Source: Steroidobacteraceae bacterium | Lineage (GTDB): Bacteria; Pseudomonadota; Gammaproteobacteria; Steroidobacterales; Steroidobacteraceae | DNA length: 64,000 nucleotides | NCBI GenBank assembly: GCA_035501955.1 | Contig: DATJVD010000052.1 | Location: 77,487-141,486, forward strand | Direction of reading: 5' to 3' | In this document: one piece after another, positions 1 through 9,165 of the stretch | Layout of the letters: each line of letters begins with the position of its first letter | How positions within the stretch are numbered: position 1 is the first letter of the stretch | Translations under genes and position numbers: made by a program | The notes under the pieces: generated by a model | Told to the model about the DNA's origin: nothing | What the model saw: the letters and a program-made list of their open reading frames with translations, nothing else | Database searches by the model: none

Positions 1-437
1 AACTGCAGGCTCAACTCGATATCGAGCGGCTCGCGAGTGAAGTTGCGAACGTGAACGTGCTCGTGACAGATGCCGTGCCAGATGAGCTTGGTGCGAAAGA
101 TGTGCAGGCTGCCGCGCGGCAGGACCTGCCGCCCCTCGGAGTACAGATCCGGATTCGTGAGGTCCGCCGACATCAGCACGTTGTCGCGCCGCACCGTGGA
201 GCTCAAGAGCAGCGGACGTCCTCCGAACAGCCGCAGCATCAGCTGCGAGACGAAGCGTGTGCCCTCGTGGAACAGTCCTTCCTCGTGCCGTGCCGCGGCG
301 TCGATATCGCCGAATTCGTTGAACAGCCCGAGGGTCTCATCCTGCTTCAGGACGAGCGTGCGCTCCGCCACCGAAACCTCGGGAGCGAGGATGTCGTAGC
401 GCGGCACTGCTTGCGAGCTCACGCCTTGCGTCGCCAT
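1..437 (-). CDS. Amylo-alpha-1,6-glucosidase / glycogen-debranching-enzyme N-terminal-domain protein; only the 5' part is present because the window edge truncates it
   Basis: Hand translation of the third minus frame, which the ORF track omits because it runs off the window: MATQGVSSQAVPRYDILAPEVSVAERTLVLKQDETLGLFNEFGDIDAAARHEEGLFHEGTRFVSQLMLRLFGGRPLLLSSTVRRDNVLMSADLTNPDLY... This resembles the N-terminus of bacterial GDE-like proteins. The ATG at 437 overlaps the upstream GT4 stop by 19 nt. Confidence 0.6.
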   Translation of the reverse strand, partial: MATQGVSSQAVPRYDILAPEVSVAERTLVLKQDETLGLFNEFGDIDAAARHEEGLFHEGTRFVSQLMLRLFGGRPLLLSSTVRRDNVLMSADLTNPDLYSEGRQVLPRGSLHIFRTKLIWHGICHEHVHVRNFTREPLDIELSLQ

Positions 438-1495
438 CTCTGCTCTTCACCGAGTGCTTCGTAGATTCGACAGTACTCGCGCGCCATGCGCGCAGCGGAG
501 AAGCGCTGCTCGAATCGCGCCCGACAGCGCCGCCGGTCGAAGGTGCGTGCGCGCATGACGAGCTCGGTCGCCTCATCGACGCTCTCCGCGATGTACCCGG
601 TGACTCCCTCGTCGATGACCTCCGGCACCGAGCCGTGACGGAAGGCGATCACCGGCGTGCCACACGCCATCGCCTCGATCATCGACAACCCGAAGGGCTC
701 CGGCCAATCGATCGGATGCAGCATGGCGATCGCGTGGCCGAGGAAGTGCGGCTTCTCCCGCTCGCCGATCTCGCCGATGTACTCGATGAAGTGGCCGTCG
801 ATCTGGCGCTGAATGTGGGCGGCGAAGTATTCGCGGTCCACGTGACTGACTTTGGCCGCGATCTTGAGCGGAATGCCGGTGCGCTGGGCGATCTCAATCG
901 CGCGGTCGACGCGCTTCTCCGGGCAGATGCGCCCGAGGAACGCGAGGTACTTGCGCGGCGCATCGAGCACCGGCTGCAGCAGGCCGAGGGGCAATCCGTG
1001 ATGCACCGTCGCCGTCCAGTTGCTGAGGCTCAATGGGCGGCGCTGCGCATCGGAGATGGACACGAACGGATGGTCCGCATACTCACGGTACAGTGGCTCG
1101 AGTCCGAGCAGGTCCAGCCGCCCGTGCAGCGTCGTCACTGAAGGCGTCAGACAACGGCGGGCCAGCGGCAGATGCACCGTGTCCGTGTGAAAGTGAATCA
1201 CGTCGAAAGACGTCGAGTGTTCCCAGATGGCCTCGAGCATGAGCATGTGCAGCGCAAGCGACTCAGGACAGCGGTCATCCAACCGTAGGGCACGGTCCCA
1301 CACTGGAATCAGCTTGGCGGAGGTCACCGAATCGCCGCTCGCGAACAGCGTCACCTCGTGACCGGCGCGCACCAGCTCCTCCGTCAGATACGATACTACG
1401 CGCTCGGTACCCCCGTAGAGCCGCGGCGGTACGCTTTCATAGAGGGGCGCGACCTGCGCGATCCGCATCTGGCGGCGGATGGGGGCGGTTGTCAT
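419..1495 (-). CDS. Glycosyltransferase family 4 (group 1)
   Basis: 358 aa ORF. N-terminus RIAQVAPLYESVPPRLYGGTERVV and C-terminal EX7E-type region PEPFGLSMIEAMACGTPVIAFRHGSVPEVI are typical of GT4. Confidence 0.85.
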   Translation of the reverse strand: MTTAPIRRQMRIAQVAPLYESVPPRLYGGTERVVSYLTEELVRAGHEVTLFASGDSVTSAKLIPVWDRALRLDDRCPESLALHMLMLEAIWEHSTSFDVIHFHTDTVHLPLARRCLTPSVTTLHGRLDLLGLEPLYREYADHPFVSISDAQRRPLSLSNWTATVHHGLPLGLLQPVLDAPRKYLAFLGRICPEKRVDRAIEIAQRTGIPLKIAAKVSHVDREYFAAHIQRQIDGHFIEYIGEIGEREKPHFLGHAIAMLHPIDWPEPFGLSMIEAMACGTPVIAFRHGSVPEVIDEGVTGYIAESVDEATELVMRARTFDRRRCRARFEQRFSAARMAREYCRIYEALGEEQRWRRKA

Positions 1496-1612
1496 GTGCC
1501 TATTCCATAAGCCTCATCACACGCCGAGCAACCGGCGTGCCGCCCGCTCAGCTACCGGTCGCTCGTCAGCTGCTGCCCCCGCGCAGCGCCGCGAATTCGG
1601 CGCAGAAGTGTG

Positions 1613-1843
1613 TCACGCCAGACTGCCCGTCGTGCGCTGACGCGTGTTGCTCCAGATCACTTCCCCGATGCCGAGCAGCGCCAGTATCGCGCCGTAGACC
1701 ACCCAGCGCCGATCACCGACCATGAAGCCGACACGAAAGGCGAGGTTGAGCCCCTGCAGGATCCATACGATTCCGAAAGCCATCATCGCAAGCCCGATGA
1801 GCGTGCTCACGATTCTCATCAGGACGTTGAACGCCGTGCCCAT
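1613..1843 (-). CDS. Small two-helix membrane protein (76 aa), hypothetical
   Basis: Internal ATG of track ORF 1613..2488. AAGGAG Shine-Dalgarno lies 9 nt upstream (plus-strand 1853-1858). Product MGTAFNVLMRIVSTLIGLAMMAFGIVWILQGLNLAFRVGFMVGDRRWVVYGAILALLGIGEVIW is strongly hydrophobic. Confidence 0.5.
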   Translation of the reverse strand: MGTAFNVLMRIVSTLIGLAMMAFGIVWILQGLNLAFRVGFMVGDRRWVVYGAILALLGIGEVIWSNTRQRTTGSLA

Positions 1844-1875
1844 GTGCCCGTGTCTCCTTGAGCAAGTTCGCCAGA

Positions 1876-2811
1876 TCAGTATGGCCGCAGTTGCGGCTGG
1901 GCACCAGACTCTGCCGCGGCGCTGCCGGAGCGTACGCGCAACCGCAGGCGCTCGCGGGCTGCGCGCGCCGGCATCACGCGCGATCCCAGGAGCTCGATGA
2001 GCCGCACCGCACGCTCGACCAGCGCGGCGTTGGAAGCAAGAACACCTCTGTCCAGATAGAGATTGTCCTCCAGCCCGACGCGCACATGGCCGCCGAGCAG
2101 GACCGACTGCGCGACCATGGGCATCTGCATGCGCCCGATCCCGAAAGCGGACCAGTGTGCCCCCGCGGGCAGCGCATCCCGCATGGCGGACATCGCCTCG
2201 GCCGTTGCAGGGGCTCCGTACTTGATGCCAAGGCAGAGTTGAAACAGCGCGGGCCGATCGATCAGGCCTTCGGCGATGAGCTGCTTCGCAAGCTCGATGT
2301 GCCCGAGCTCGAACGCCTCGATCTCCGGCCGGACGCCTTTTTCCTGATAAGCGCGCGCCATGCGCCGCAGGTATTCCGGCGTGGTGACGTAGAGCGCTTC
2401 GCCGAAGTTCAGCGAACCGCAATCGAGGCTGCCGATCTCGGGCTCGAGCTCCAGGATGTGCGCCATACGCTCCTGAGGGCCGACGCAATCAGTCCCTGCC
2501 AGGAAATCGAGAGGCGCCTGCTCCGGGCCGAGCAGCAGATCGCCACCCATGCCTCCGGTCAGGTTGAGGATGACCTCGGTGCTGCGGCTACGGATGCGAT
2601 CGACGACCTCGCGGAACAGTGCGGGGTCGCGGCTTGCGGCACCCGATGCAGGATTGCGCACGTGCAGGTGAACGATGGCGGCGCCGGCGGCATGTGCCTC
2701 GAGGGCTGCGGTCGCAATCTGCTGCGGTGTGACGGGCACGTGCGGATTCTTGCCGACCGAATCGCCCGATCCCGTGACCGCGCAGGTAATGAAGACCTCG
2801 TTCGCCATCAT
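1876..2811 (-). CDS. 3-keto-5-aminohexanoate cleavage enzyme family (BKACE / DUF849) beta-keto acid cleavage enzyme
   Basis: 311 aa with ITCAVTGSGDS...VPVTPQQIA...AGAAIVHLHVRNP...VRVGLEDNLYL, the characteristic BKACE TIM-barrel motifs. Confidence 0.85.
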   Translation of the reverse strand: MMANEVFITCAVTGSGDSVGKNPHVPVTPQQIATAALEAHAAGAAIVHLHVRNPASGAASRDPALFREVVDRIRSRSTEVILNLTGGMGGDLLLGPEQAPLDFLAGTDCVGPQERMAHILELEPEIGSLDCGSLNFGEALYVTTPEYLRRMARAYQEKGVRPEIEAFELGHIELAKQLIAEGLIDRPALFQLCLGIKYGAPATAEAMSAMRDALPAGAHWSAFGIGRMQMPMVAQSVLLGGHVRVGLEDNLYLDRGVLASNAALVERAVRLIELLGSRVMPARAARERLRLRVRSGSAAAESGAQPQLRPY

Positions 2812-2820
2812 CGCGGCACC

Positions 2821-4413
2821 TCATTTCATGTGCTTCCAGTCCTTGAGAATCTCACGCGCGGCATTGTGACCGGGAATGCCGGAGACGCCCCCGCCGGGAT
2901 GACTGGACGAGGCGCACTGATAGAGACCCCTGACCGGCGTGCGATAGTCCGCCCAGTGGGGCACGGGACGCTGCCAGAAAAGCTGATCCGCGCTCAGCTC
3001 GCCGTGAAAGATATGCCCCTGCGGCAGACCCACGATGGCCTCGAGGTCCGGCGGCACCAGGGTCTCGACATCGATGATCTGCGTGGAAAAGCCCGGCGCC
3101 ATCTCATCGAGCACCTCGAGCGCCGTCCTGGTGAGGTTCGGCTTCTCGCTCGCCCACGAGGCGCCCCCCTTGAGCTCGTAGGGCGCGTGCCCGCCGAAGA
3201 TGTTGATGACGTGCTTGCCGGCGGGAGCCAGAGAGTCGTCGACGATGGTCGGGACGACGGGCGTGAGAAACGGCCGGCGTGAGTACCAGCCGTACTTCGC
3301 ATCGTCGTACGCGCGCTCGAGGTAATCGATTCCGGGTCCGATGTGGACGTACGTCGGATAGGGAAAGCCGCTCACGACGGGATCGAAGGCGCGATAGCGC
3401 GGTGGCGCATGCGCGGCGATGTTCATCTTGAAGGCCGTCGAGAAGGTGCGAAACGCATCGATCTCGCGCAGCAGCTCGGGTGGCAGATGCTCGGGGGCGA
3501 TGAGCCGCCTGAAGAGGGTCTTCGCCGTGGCGTTGGAAGCCACCAGCCGCGCCTGCCATTCACGACCATCCGTGGTGCGCACGCCCGTGGCGCGTCCATT
3601 GCGCACCTGCACCTCGGCGACCGGAGCGTCGGTCACGATCTGCATGCCGAAGCGCTCGCCCGAGCGCGCAATCGCGGCCGTGATCGCACCCATACCGCCC
3701 CGCACGAAGCCCCAGCCGCCCGCCCCCTGATGCTCGCCGAGCAGGTGATGCATGATCACGTACGCGGTACCCGGAGAGCGTGGCCCGGCAAAGGTGCCGA
3801 TCGAGGCATAGTAGGCGAGCACCGACTTGATGACGTCGTGCTCGAACCACACCGAGAGATAGTCATAAGCGCTCTGCGCCAGGAGGTCGATGAGCCGGTA
3901 GGCACGCTCGCCGACCTTGCGGTGCCGCCACAGAAGCGCTGCGCTCTGTTTGAAACTCTTCCAGCTGCGCTTGACGGGATCGACCGGTGTCTCGAACAGC
4001 AGGCGCCGCACGAGCGCCGCGGACTCTTCGAGCTCGCGCGCGAACTGCGGATAGATTTCCGCATCGTGGCGCGAGAAGCGCGCGAACTCCGCCTGCGTCT
4101 TCCGTAAGTCGTCGCTGAAGATGATGTAGTCATCCCCGCCCAGGGGACAGAACAGATCATTCGCCGGCAATACTTCCAGACCGTACGCGGCGAGCTCGAG
4201 ATCGCGAATGATCCGCGGATGCAGCAGGCTCATCACGTACGAGAAGCGCGAGCCGCGAAATCCGGGGCTGAATTCCTCCGTCACGGCCGCACCGCCGATG
4301 AGGGGACGACGCTCGAGGATCAGCGTCTTCAAGCCCGCCTTGGCGAGGTAGGCACCGCACACGAGCCCGTTGTGACCGGACCCGATGACGATGACATCGT
4401 ATTGGCTGCTCAA
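2821..4413 (-). CDS. NAD(P)/FAD-dependent oxidoreductase, phytoene-desaturase (CrtI)/amine-oxidase-like
   Basis: 530 aa. N-terminal dinucleotide fold YDVIVIGSGHNGLVCGAYLAKAGLKTLILERRPLIGG. C-terminus GLYQCASSSHPGGGVSGIPGHNAA is typical of the family. Confidence 0.8.
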   Translation of the reverse strand: MSSQYDVIVIGSGHNGLVCGAYLAKAGLKTLILERRPLIGGAAVTEEFSPGFRGSRFSYVMSLLHPRIIRDLELAAYGLEVLPANDLFCPLGGDDYIIFSDDLRKTQAEFARFSRHDAEIYPQFARELEESAALVRRLLFETPVDPVKRSWKSFKQSAALLWRHRKVGERAYRLIDLLAQSAYDYLSVWFEHDVIKSVLAYYASIGTFAGPRSPGTAYVIMHHLLGEHQGAGGWGFVRGGMGAITAAIARSGERFGMQIVTDAPVAEVQVRNGRATGVRTTDGREWQARLVASNATAKTLFRRLIAPEHLPPELLREIDAFRTFSTAFKMNIAAHAPPRYRAFDPVVSGFPYPTYVHIGPGIDYLERAYDDAKYGWYSRRPFLTPVVPTIVDDSLAPAGKHVINIFGGHAPYELKGGASWASEKPNLTRTALEVLDEMAPGFSTQIIDVETLVPPDLEAIVGLPQGHIFHGELSADQLFWQRPVPHWADYRTPVRGLYQCASSSHPGGGVSGIPGHNAAREILKDWKHMK

Positions 4414-4471
4414 GCGCGGACCGCGATCCGGCCCGCATCGCGGTACCGGATCAGCGGGCCTTTCTGGTGGC

Positions 4472-7075
4472 TTAGAACTTCTGTGAGAACTCCAGCGTGA
4501 TCGTGCGCGGCTGCGTCGGCACGATGTAGGGCTGCGGATCGACCACGGGGTTGGTCTGCGTGAAACGCGAGAGCTGCGCCCGCTTATCCGCCACGTTCGT
4601 CACCTGCAGCTGCAGCATGAAATCCTTGTACGTCACCCCGCCCACCATGTCGATCAGGGCGTATGAGGGCATTACACCGACGATCGCCACCTCGTCCTGG
4701 CGCAACAGAGGCGACGTCTGCGTTTGATAAACTCCCGTCACCTGCGCGTAGGGCGAGAAGTCACCGATTGGATTGAAGGTGTAGCGGGCAATGAGATTGC
4801 CCTTGAACTTCGGCGTGATCGGAAGGTTGGTTCCCGCCGGGGCCTGCGGACCGATCCACGCGCCGCCGGGCAAGTATGGAGCGTCGGTCGACTGAGTCGG
4901 ACAGGACGTGACGCCCTGCGTGCCGCAGTAGTCCTGCGTGAGCACCGGATCCAGCCACGTGAATGCCGTGCTGAGCATGAGATTGTTGGTCGCAGCCCAT
5001 TGCAGCTCGGTCTCGAAGCCTTTGATACGAGCGTTACCGCCGTTCGCCACGATGTTGACGCTGTTCGGCCCGAGGAACGAGAACTGGAAGTTCTTCCAGT
5101 CCTCCCAGAAGAGCGCGCCGTTGAAACGCAGTCGGTGATTGAACCATTGTGTCTTCCAGCCGATCTCGTAGTTCGTCAGGAAGTCCGCCTTGTAGGGGCC
5201 GATGCCCTTCACCGCCGTGCGGTTGACGCCGCCGGGACGGAAACCCTTCGAGTACGTGGCGTACATCAAGGCATCCGGTGTGAACTTGTAGGTCAGATTG
5301 ACGCGCGGCACGTTGCCGGTGTCGCTCGTCTCATTGTTGAGATTCGTGCAGGGTGCGTACGGCGTGATCGGATACGGCAGGAAGCAGCCGGCCATGCCCG
5401 ACGAGTAGCCGCTCAAGGCGTTGTAATTGAGCGAGTAGCCGTAGAAACCATCGAGCGTGTTGTCGTACTTGTAGAAGCGAATGCCGCCCGTGAGCTCGAG
5501 CTGCTGGGTGATATCCCACGTCACCTGCGCGAATACCGCCTTGTCGCGATCCACGCGCTGCTCGTCGGTGAGCCAGATGGTGTTGTGCAGCGTCGGGATG
5601 GAGAGCGAGTCAGCGAAGCCAGCCGGGTTTTCCGGTCCGCCATACGGATTTATGAAGCCATAACCCGGCATGACGTACTGCTCGAAGATGTTGTGCAGCT
5701 GGCGCTGGATGAACAGTCCGAGCGTGCCCCTGACGGGCAGATCCGCCGGAGTGCTCACGCGGAGCTCGTGGCTCCACTTCTGGAAGTAGCCCTTGGTGTT
5801 CACCAGTTCCTGCGCCATGATCGGCGTGCCGGCGTTGCCGACCCAGAGCGCGCCTGAGCCGTAGGCCCGATCATAGAATTCCGTATAGTCGCTGTAGTCG
5901 GCGAGCGAGTGCACGTCGCGCTTCATGAAGGCGCCGGCGTAGACGATGTCGAAATTGCTGACGTGGCCTTCGATGGTCAATGCGCCCTGCCACCAGGTAT
6001 CATCGGAGTTCTCGGGGCCGAAGTGCGCCACTTTCAGGTCACCGACCGCGGGATCGTAGGCGAAGAAACCCTCGGTGGTGAGGCTCTGCCCCATGAAGGT
6101 GGGCGTCACCGTCCAGTTGTCACCGAGGTTGAAGAGCAGCGACATGCGACCGCCGCGGGTCTCCGCGGTGTTGTAGTCGTTCTTCACCCAGGCGGCATTG
6201 CTGATCGCACCCGCGCCGACCGTCCCGACCGTCGGGCACGCCGCGGTCGAGGGCGTCTGGCCCGCCCACGTGGGAAAGGTGCGGATACCGTTCTCGATAC
6301 ACGCCGTCGTGTTCGTGCCGGCCACGTTGCTGATATAGCCCGCATCGTGCACGTCCCAGGCGACGAGGCGCACGGCCGCCGACGGGGTGATCGGGATGTT
6401 GACGTAGCCCTGTGCCTCGTAGCCGGTGCCGCCGTGGTCGACCTGGTTCACCTGCAGGTCGTAGCTCGCAGAGAACTTGGTCGGGTCGGCCTTGTTGCTG
6501 ATGATGCGCACCGTGCCCGATTCTGAGCTCGCACCGTAGAGCGTGCCCTGCGGCCCCTCCAGCACCTCGATGCGCGCCATGTCGTAGATATGCACATCGA
6601 CCGTGCCGTCGATGGTTGTGACCGGCTGCTCATCGAGATAGGTGCCCACGCTCGGCTGCGGGCCCGAGTGGTTACCTTCACCGCCGCTGACGACGCCGCG
6701 GATGTAGACGTGCGAGAGGCCCGGCTGAGCATTACCGCCCTGCCCGATGCCGCGCAGATAGGAGACGCTCGGCGAGTACTTCACGTAGTCGTCGAGGCCG
6801 CTGATGCTCAGCTCGCTGAGCTTCTGATTGTCGAGCACCTCGATGCTGATCGGAACGTTCTGCACGTTCTCGCTGCGCTTCTGCGCCGTGACGATCACCT
6901 CCTGGAGACCACCCGCCTCGGCGGCGGCCGGCGCCGCTGGCGGCGGCGCGTTCTGTGCATGCGCGAGCGGCATGCCTACGAGTAGCGCCGACGCAACAGG
7001 TAGGCCCCTCTTCACGATGAAAGCGCGCTTGCCCGCTTGGGTGCGCGCGAGTTTTCGCCGTCGACTGCGTGTCAT
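4472..7075 (-). CDS. TonB-dependent outer-membrane receptor
   Basis: Plug region LQEVIVTAQKRSENVQNVPISIEVL, a long beta-barrel, and terminal ...TLEFSQKF ending in aromatic Phe. Start moved to the internal ATG (MTRSRRRKLART..., signal peptide ending AHAQ) because the track start at 7147 overlaps the upstream gene. Confidence 0.9.
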   Translation of the reverse strand: MTRSRRRKLARTQAGKRAFIVKRGLPVASALLVGMPLAHAQNAPPPAAPAAAEAGGLQEVIVTAQKRSENVQNVPISIEVLDNQKLSELSISGLDDYVKYSPSVSYLRGIGQGGNAQPGLSHVYIRGVVSGGEGNHSGPQPSVGTYLDEQPVTTIDGTVDVHIYDMARIEVLEGPQGTLYGASSESGTVRIISNKADPTKFSASYDLQVNQVDHGGTGYEAQGYVNIPITPSAAVRLVAWDVHDAGYISNVAGTNTTACIENGIRTFPTWAGQTPSTAACPTVGTVGAGAISNAAWVKNDYNTAETRGGRMSLLFNLGDNWTVTPTFMGQSLTTEGFFAYDPAVGDLKVAHFGPENSDDTWWQGALTIEGHVSNFDIVYAGAFMKRDVHSLADYSDYTEFYDRAYGSGALWVGNAGTPIMAQELVNTKGYFQKWSHELRVSTPADLPVRGTLGLFIQRQLHNIFEQYVMPGYGFINPYGGPENPAGFADSLSIPTLHNTIWLTDEQRVDRDKAVFAQVTWDITQQLELTGGIRFYKYDNTLDGFYGYSLNYNALSGYSSGMAGCFLPYPITPYAPCTNLNNETSDTGNVPRVNLTYKFTPDALMYATYSKGFRPGGVNRTAVKGIGPYKADFLTNYEIGWKTQWFNHRLRFNGALFWEDWKNFQFSFLGPNSVNIVANGGNARIKGFETELQWAATNNLMLSTAFTWLDPVLTQDYCGTQGVTSCPTQSTDAPYLPGGAWIGPQAPAGTNLPITPKFKGNLIARYTFNPIGDFSPYAQVTGVYQTQTSPLLRQDEVAIVGVMPSYALIDMVGGVTYKDFMLQLQVTNVADKRAQLSRFTQTNPVVDPQPYIVPTQPRTITLEFSQKF

Positions 7076-7117
7076 CGGCCGACCCCTTGTGTTGTTTCTG
7101 CACCCCCCAAGATGTCG

Positions 7118-7147
7118 AGTATGCAAATCGCCCGAATTAATTGTCAA
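7118..7147 (-). promoter_or_regulatory. Putative sigma70-type promoter for the TonB-dependent receptor gene
   Basis: Minus strand reads TTGACA (7147-7142), an 18 nt spacer, then CATACT (7123-7118), in a locally AT-richer spacer about 40 nt upstream of the ATG at 7075. The -35 element overlaps the sulfotransferase stop codon. Confidence 0.35.
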
Positions 7148-9165
7148 AAGGAATCTGGTACGCGCGGATACGCTGGTAGGACCGCTCCAAGGGCTGCCTT
7201 GAGTGGCTCGAGCCAGGGCTCGTAGTTACGCCAGTGCTCCATTCCTTCACGAAAGAGGGGCTGGCGCACCTGCTCGGAGCTTGCGGTACGCACCGCGCGC
7301 TCGTTCTCATGAAATCTGAGACACGCCACCTCGAACGGCAGTCGACAGTACGCAAGCAGCCGGCGCAGCTCGGTCTCGGGATCCTCGATCAGATTCTCAT
7401 AGAAGACGCGGTGTACGCGGCCCGGCAGCACCGCATCGAAGTGCGCCATCAGCTCGACGTAGTTGCGGTAGGAGTGGCCGATGTCCGCGAGATCGTATGC
7501 AAAGCTCTGACCACGCGCGAAGTGCTGTTTGAAGCAGGAGAAACCGCAGCCAAGCGGGTGGCGCCGCGCATCGATGATCTTGGCGTTCGGCAGCATGAGC
7601 TGGATGAGCCCGACATACATCCAGTTGTTGGGCATCTTGTCGATGAAGAACGGCGCCTCGCTCTTGCGTAGCGGACGCGTGCTCGATAGATAGCGCTCGC
7701 CAAGCTCAGTGAGCTCCGCGTGCGTCAGCGACGCCACCGCCTGCAGAAACGGCGCCCCCGCCTCTTGCGCCTTGCGCCCGGCGAGCTCGCGAGCGATCTG
7801 CGGCACGTCGGGCAGCTCGATCGTACCCTCGACCTGCGAGTGGCTCGCGAGCATCTGCTCGAGCAGCGTCGAGCCGGCGCGCGGCAGGCCGAGGATGAAG
7901 ATGGGATCGGCAGCCGGCGCACCCGCGCCGGCGCGCTGCGCGAAGAACTCGCGAGTGAAGAGCTCCTTGCAGCGACGTACATAGGCCGCATCTTCCTGCG
8001 CACTGTAAGCGTGCGAGCTGCGGTGCAGCGCGTTGCCCTGCGCGTAGTGTCCAAAGGACTCCTGATAAGAGCCCGCATCCTCGAGCGCTTTGCCGAGCGC
8101 AAACTCGAAGTGCACACGATCCTCGGCGCTGAGATCGGTACGCTCAAGCGCTGCGCGCAGCGCGCCGAGCTCGGCCTCCGAGAAACGAACCGTCTTGAGG
8201 TTCGCAAGACTCCAGTACGCCTCGCCGAGCGTGGGCTCCATGGTAATCGCGCGGCGGTAGGCCGCAATGCTGTCGCCCTGGCGGCCGGCGGTCTTCAACG
8301 CATGACCGTAGCTCATCCAGATCTTCGGCTGCTGCGGAAAGTCCTCGAGCACCGCCTCGTAGACCTGCATGGACTGTGCGTACTCGCCCAGATGCGCCAG
8401 GGTTGCGGCCTTGAGATTTCGATATCCCGGGTCGCGCGGATTGCGTGCGAGGAGCCGCTCGACCTGCACGAGTGCAGCGGCGGCTTTTCCCTGACGATTG
8501 AGCACCGTCGCATAGTTGTGGCGCGCGGCATCGAAGCTCGGGGCGAGCTCGAGACATTTCTCGAGCAGCGCTTGTGCATCGGGGTAGCGACGCAGGCGCC
8601 CCGCGACTTCGGCCAGCATGCGCAGGGCCGCCACGTCGGTTGGGTTCGCCGCAAGGTGCGCCCGCAGTCGGTTATCGGCGAGCGGCAGCTGGTTCGCGAC
8701 CAGCGCCGCCGCGGCCTCCATGAGTCGCGGATCCTTGTTGGCGGCTTTCAGGTATTGCGCACGAGCCTCGTCGGCGGCCGCGGCATCGCCCTGTGCGTCG
8801 AGCTGATCCGCGAGCAGCCGCCAGGCATCCGGCCAGTCGGACTTCAATTGTAGTGCGCGGCGCAGCGCTTGCACCGCCTCGCGTGTGCGCCCCGTCGCAG
8901 CGAGCGCGATGCCCAGCTCGAGGTGCACGGGCGCAGCCTGCGGCTGCTCGCGAGCGAGCGGCTCGAGCGTCTCGAGCGCCGCGTGCGTCTGACCGGCGAT
9001 GCGCTGCGCGGCGCCGAGGATCAGCCGTGCATGGGGGTGCGCAGGTACGACTTTGAGGATTTCGCGCGCCTGCTCGGCGGCCAATTGGGGATCCTTCGCG
9101 AGCAAGCGCCCAGCGTGTGCGAGCGCAACCTCGAGTGTTCCCACGGGCTCGGAGGTATCGCTCAT
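7144..9165 (-). CDS. TPR-repeat-containing sulfotransferase family protein
   Basis: 673 aa. The N-terminal ~400 aa are TPR-like helical repeats. The C-terminal sulfotransferase domain has a PAPS-binding-type loop PIFILGLPRAGSTLLEQMLASHS and RTASSEQVRQP. No signal peptide. Confidence 0.85.
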   Translation of the reverse strand: MSDTSEPVGTLEVALAHAGRLLAKDPQLAAEQAREILKVVPAHPHARLILGAAQRIAGQTHAALETLEPLAREQPQAAPVHLELGIALAATGRTREAVQALRRALQLKSDWPDAWRLLADQLDAQGDAAAADEARAQYLKAANKDPRLMEAAAALVANQLPLADNRLRAHLAANPTDVAALRMLAEVAGRLRRYPDAQALLEKCLELAPSFDAARHNYATVLNRQGKAAAALVQVERLLARNPRDPGYRNLKAATLAHLGEYAQSMQVYEAVLEDFPQQPKIWMSYGHALKTAGRQGDSIAAYRRAITMEPTLGEAYWSLANLKTVRFSEAELGALRAALERTDLSAEDRVHFEFALGKALEDAGSYQESFGHYAQGNALHRSSHAYSAQEDAAYVRRCKELFTREFFAQRAGAGAPAADPIFILGLPRAGSTLLEQMLASHSQVEGTIELPDVPQIARELAGRKAQEAGAPFLQAVASLTHAELTELGERYLSSTRPLRKSEAPFFIDKMPNNWMYVGLIQLMLPNAKIIDARRHPLGCGFSCFKQHFARGQSFAYDLADIGHSYRNYVELMAHFDAVLPGRVHRVFYENLIEDPETELRRLLAYCRLPFEVACLRFHENERAVRTASSEQVRQPLFREGMEHWRNYEPWLEPLKAALGAVLPAYPRVPDSF

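Noticed and set aside
4414-4471. Hairpins after the TonB-dependent receptor stop (CCGCGAT-N9-ATCGCGG and alternatives). A 6 bp hairpin also occurs at 1586-1603.
   Set aside because: The stems are short, several foldings compete, and there is no U-tract in the transcribed orientation. This is not enough to call them terminators. They may be only partial pause or stability elements within the long array.
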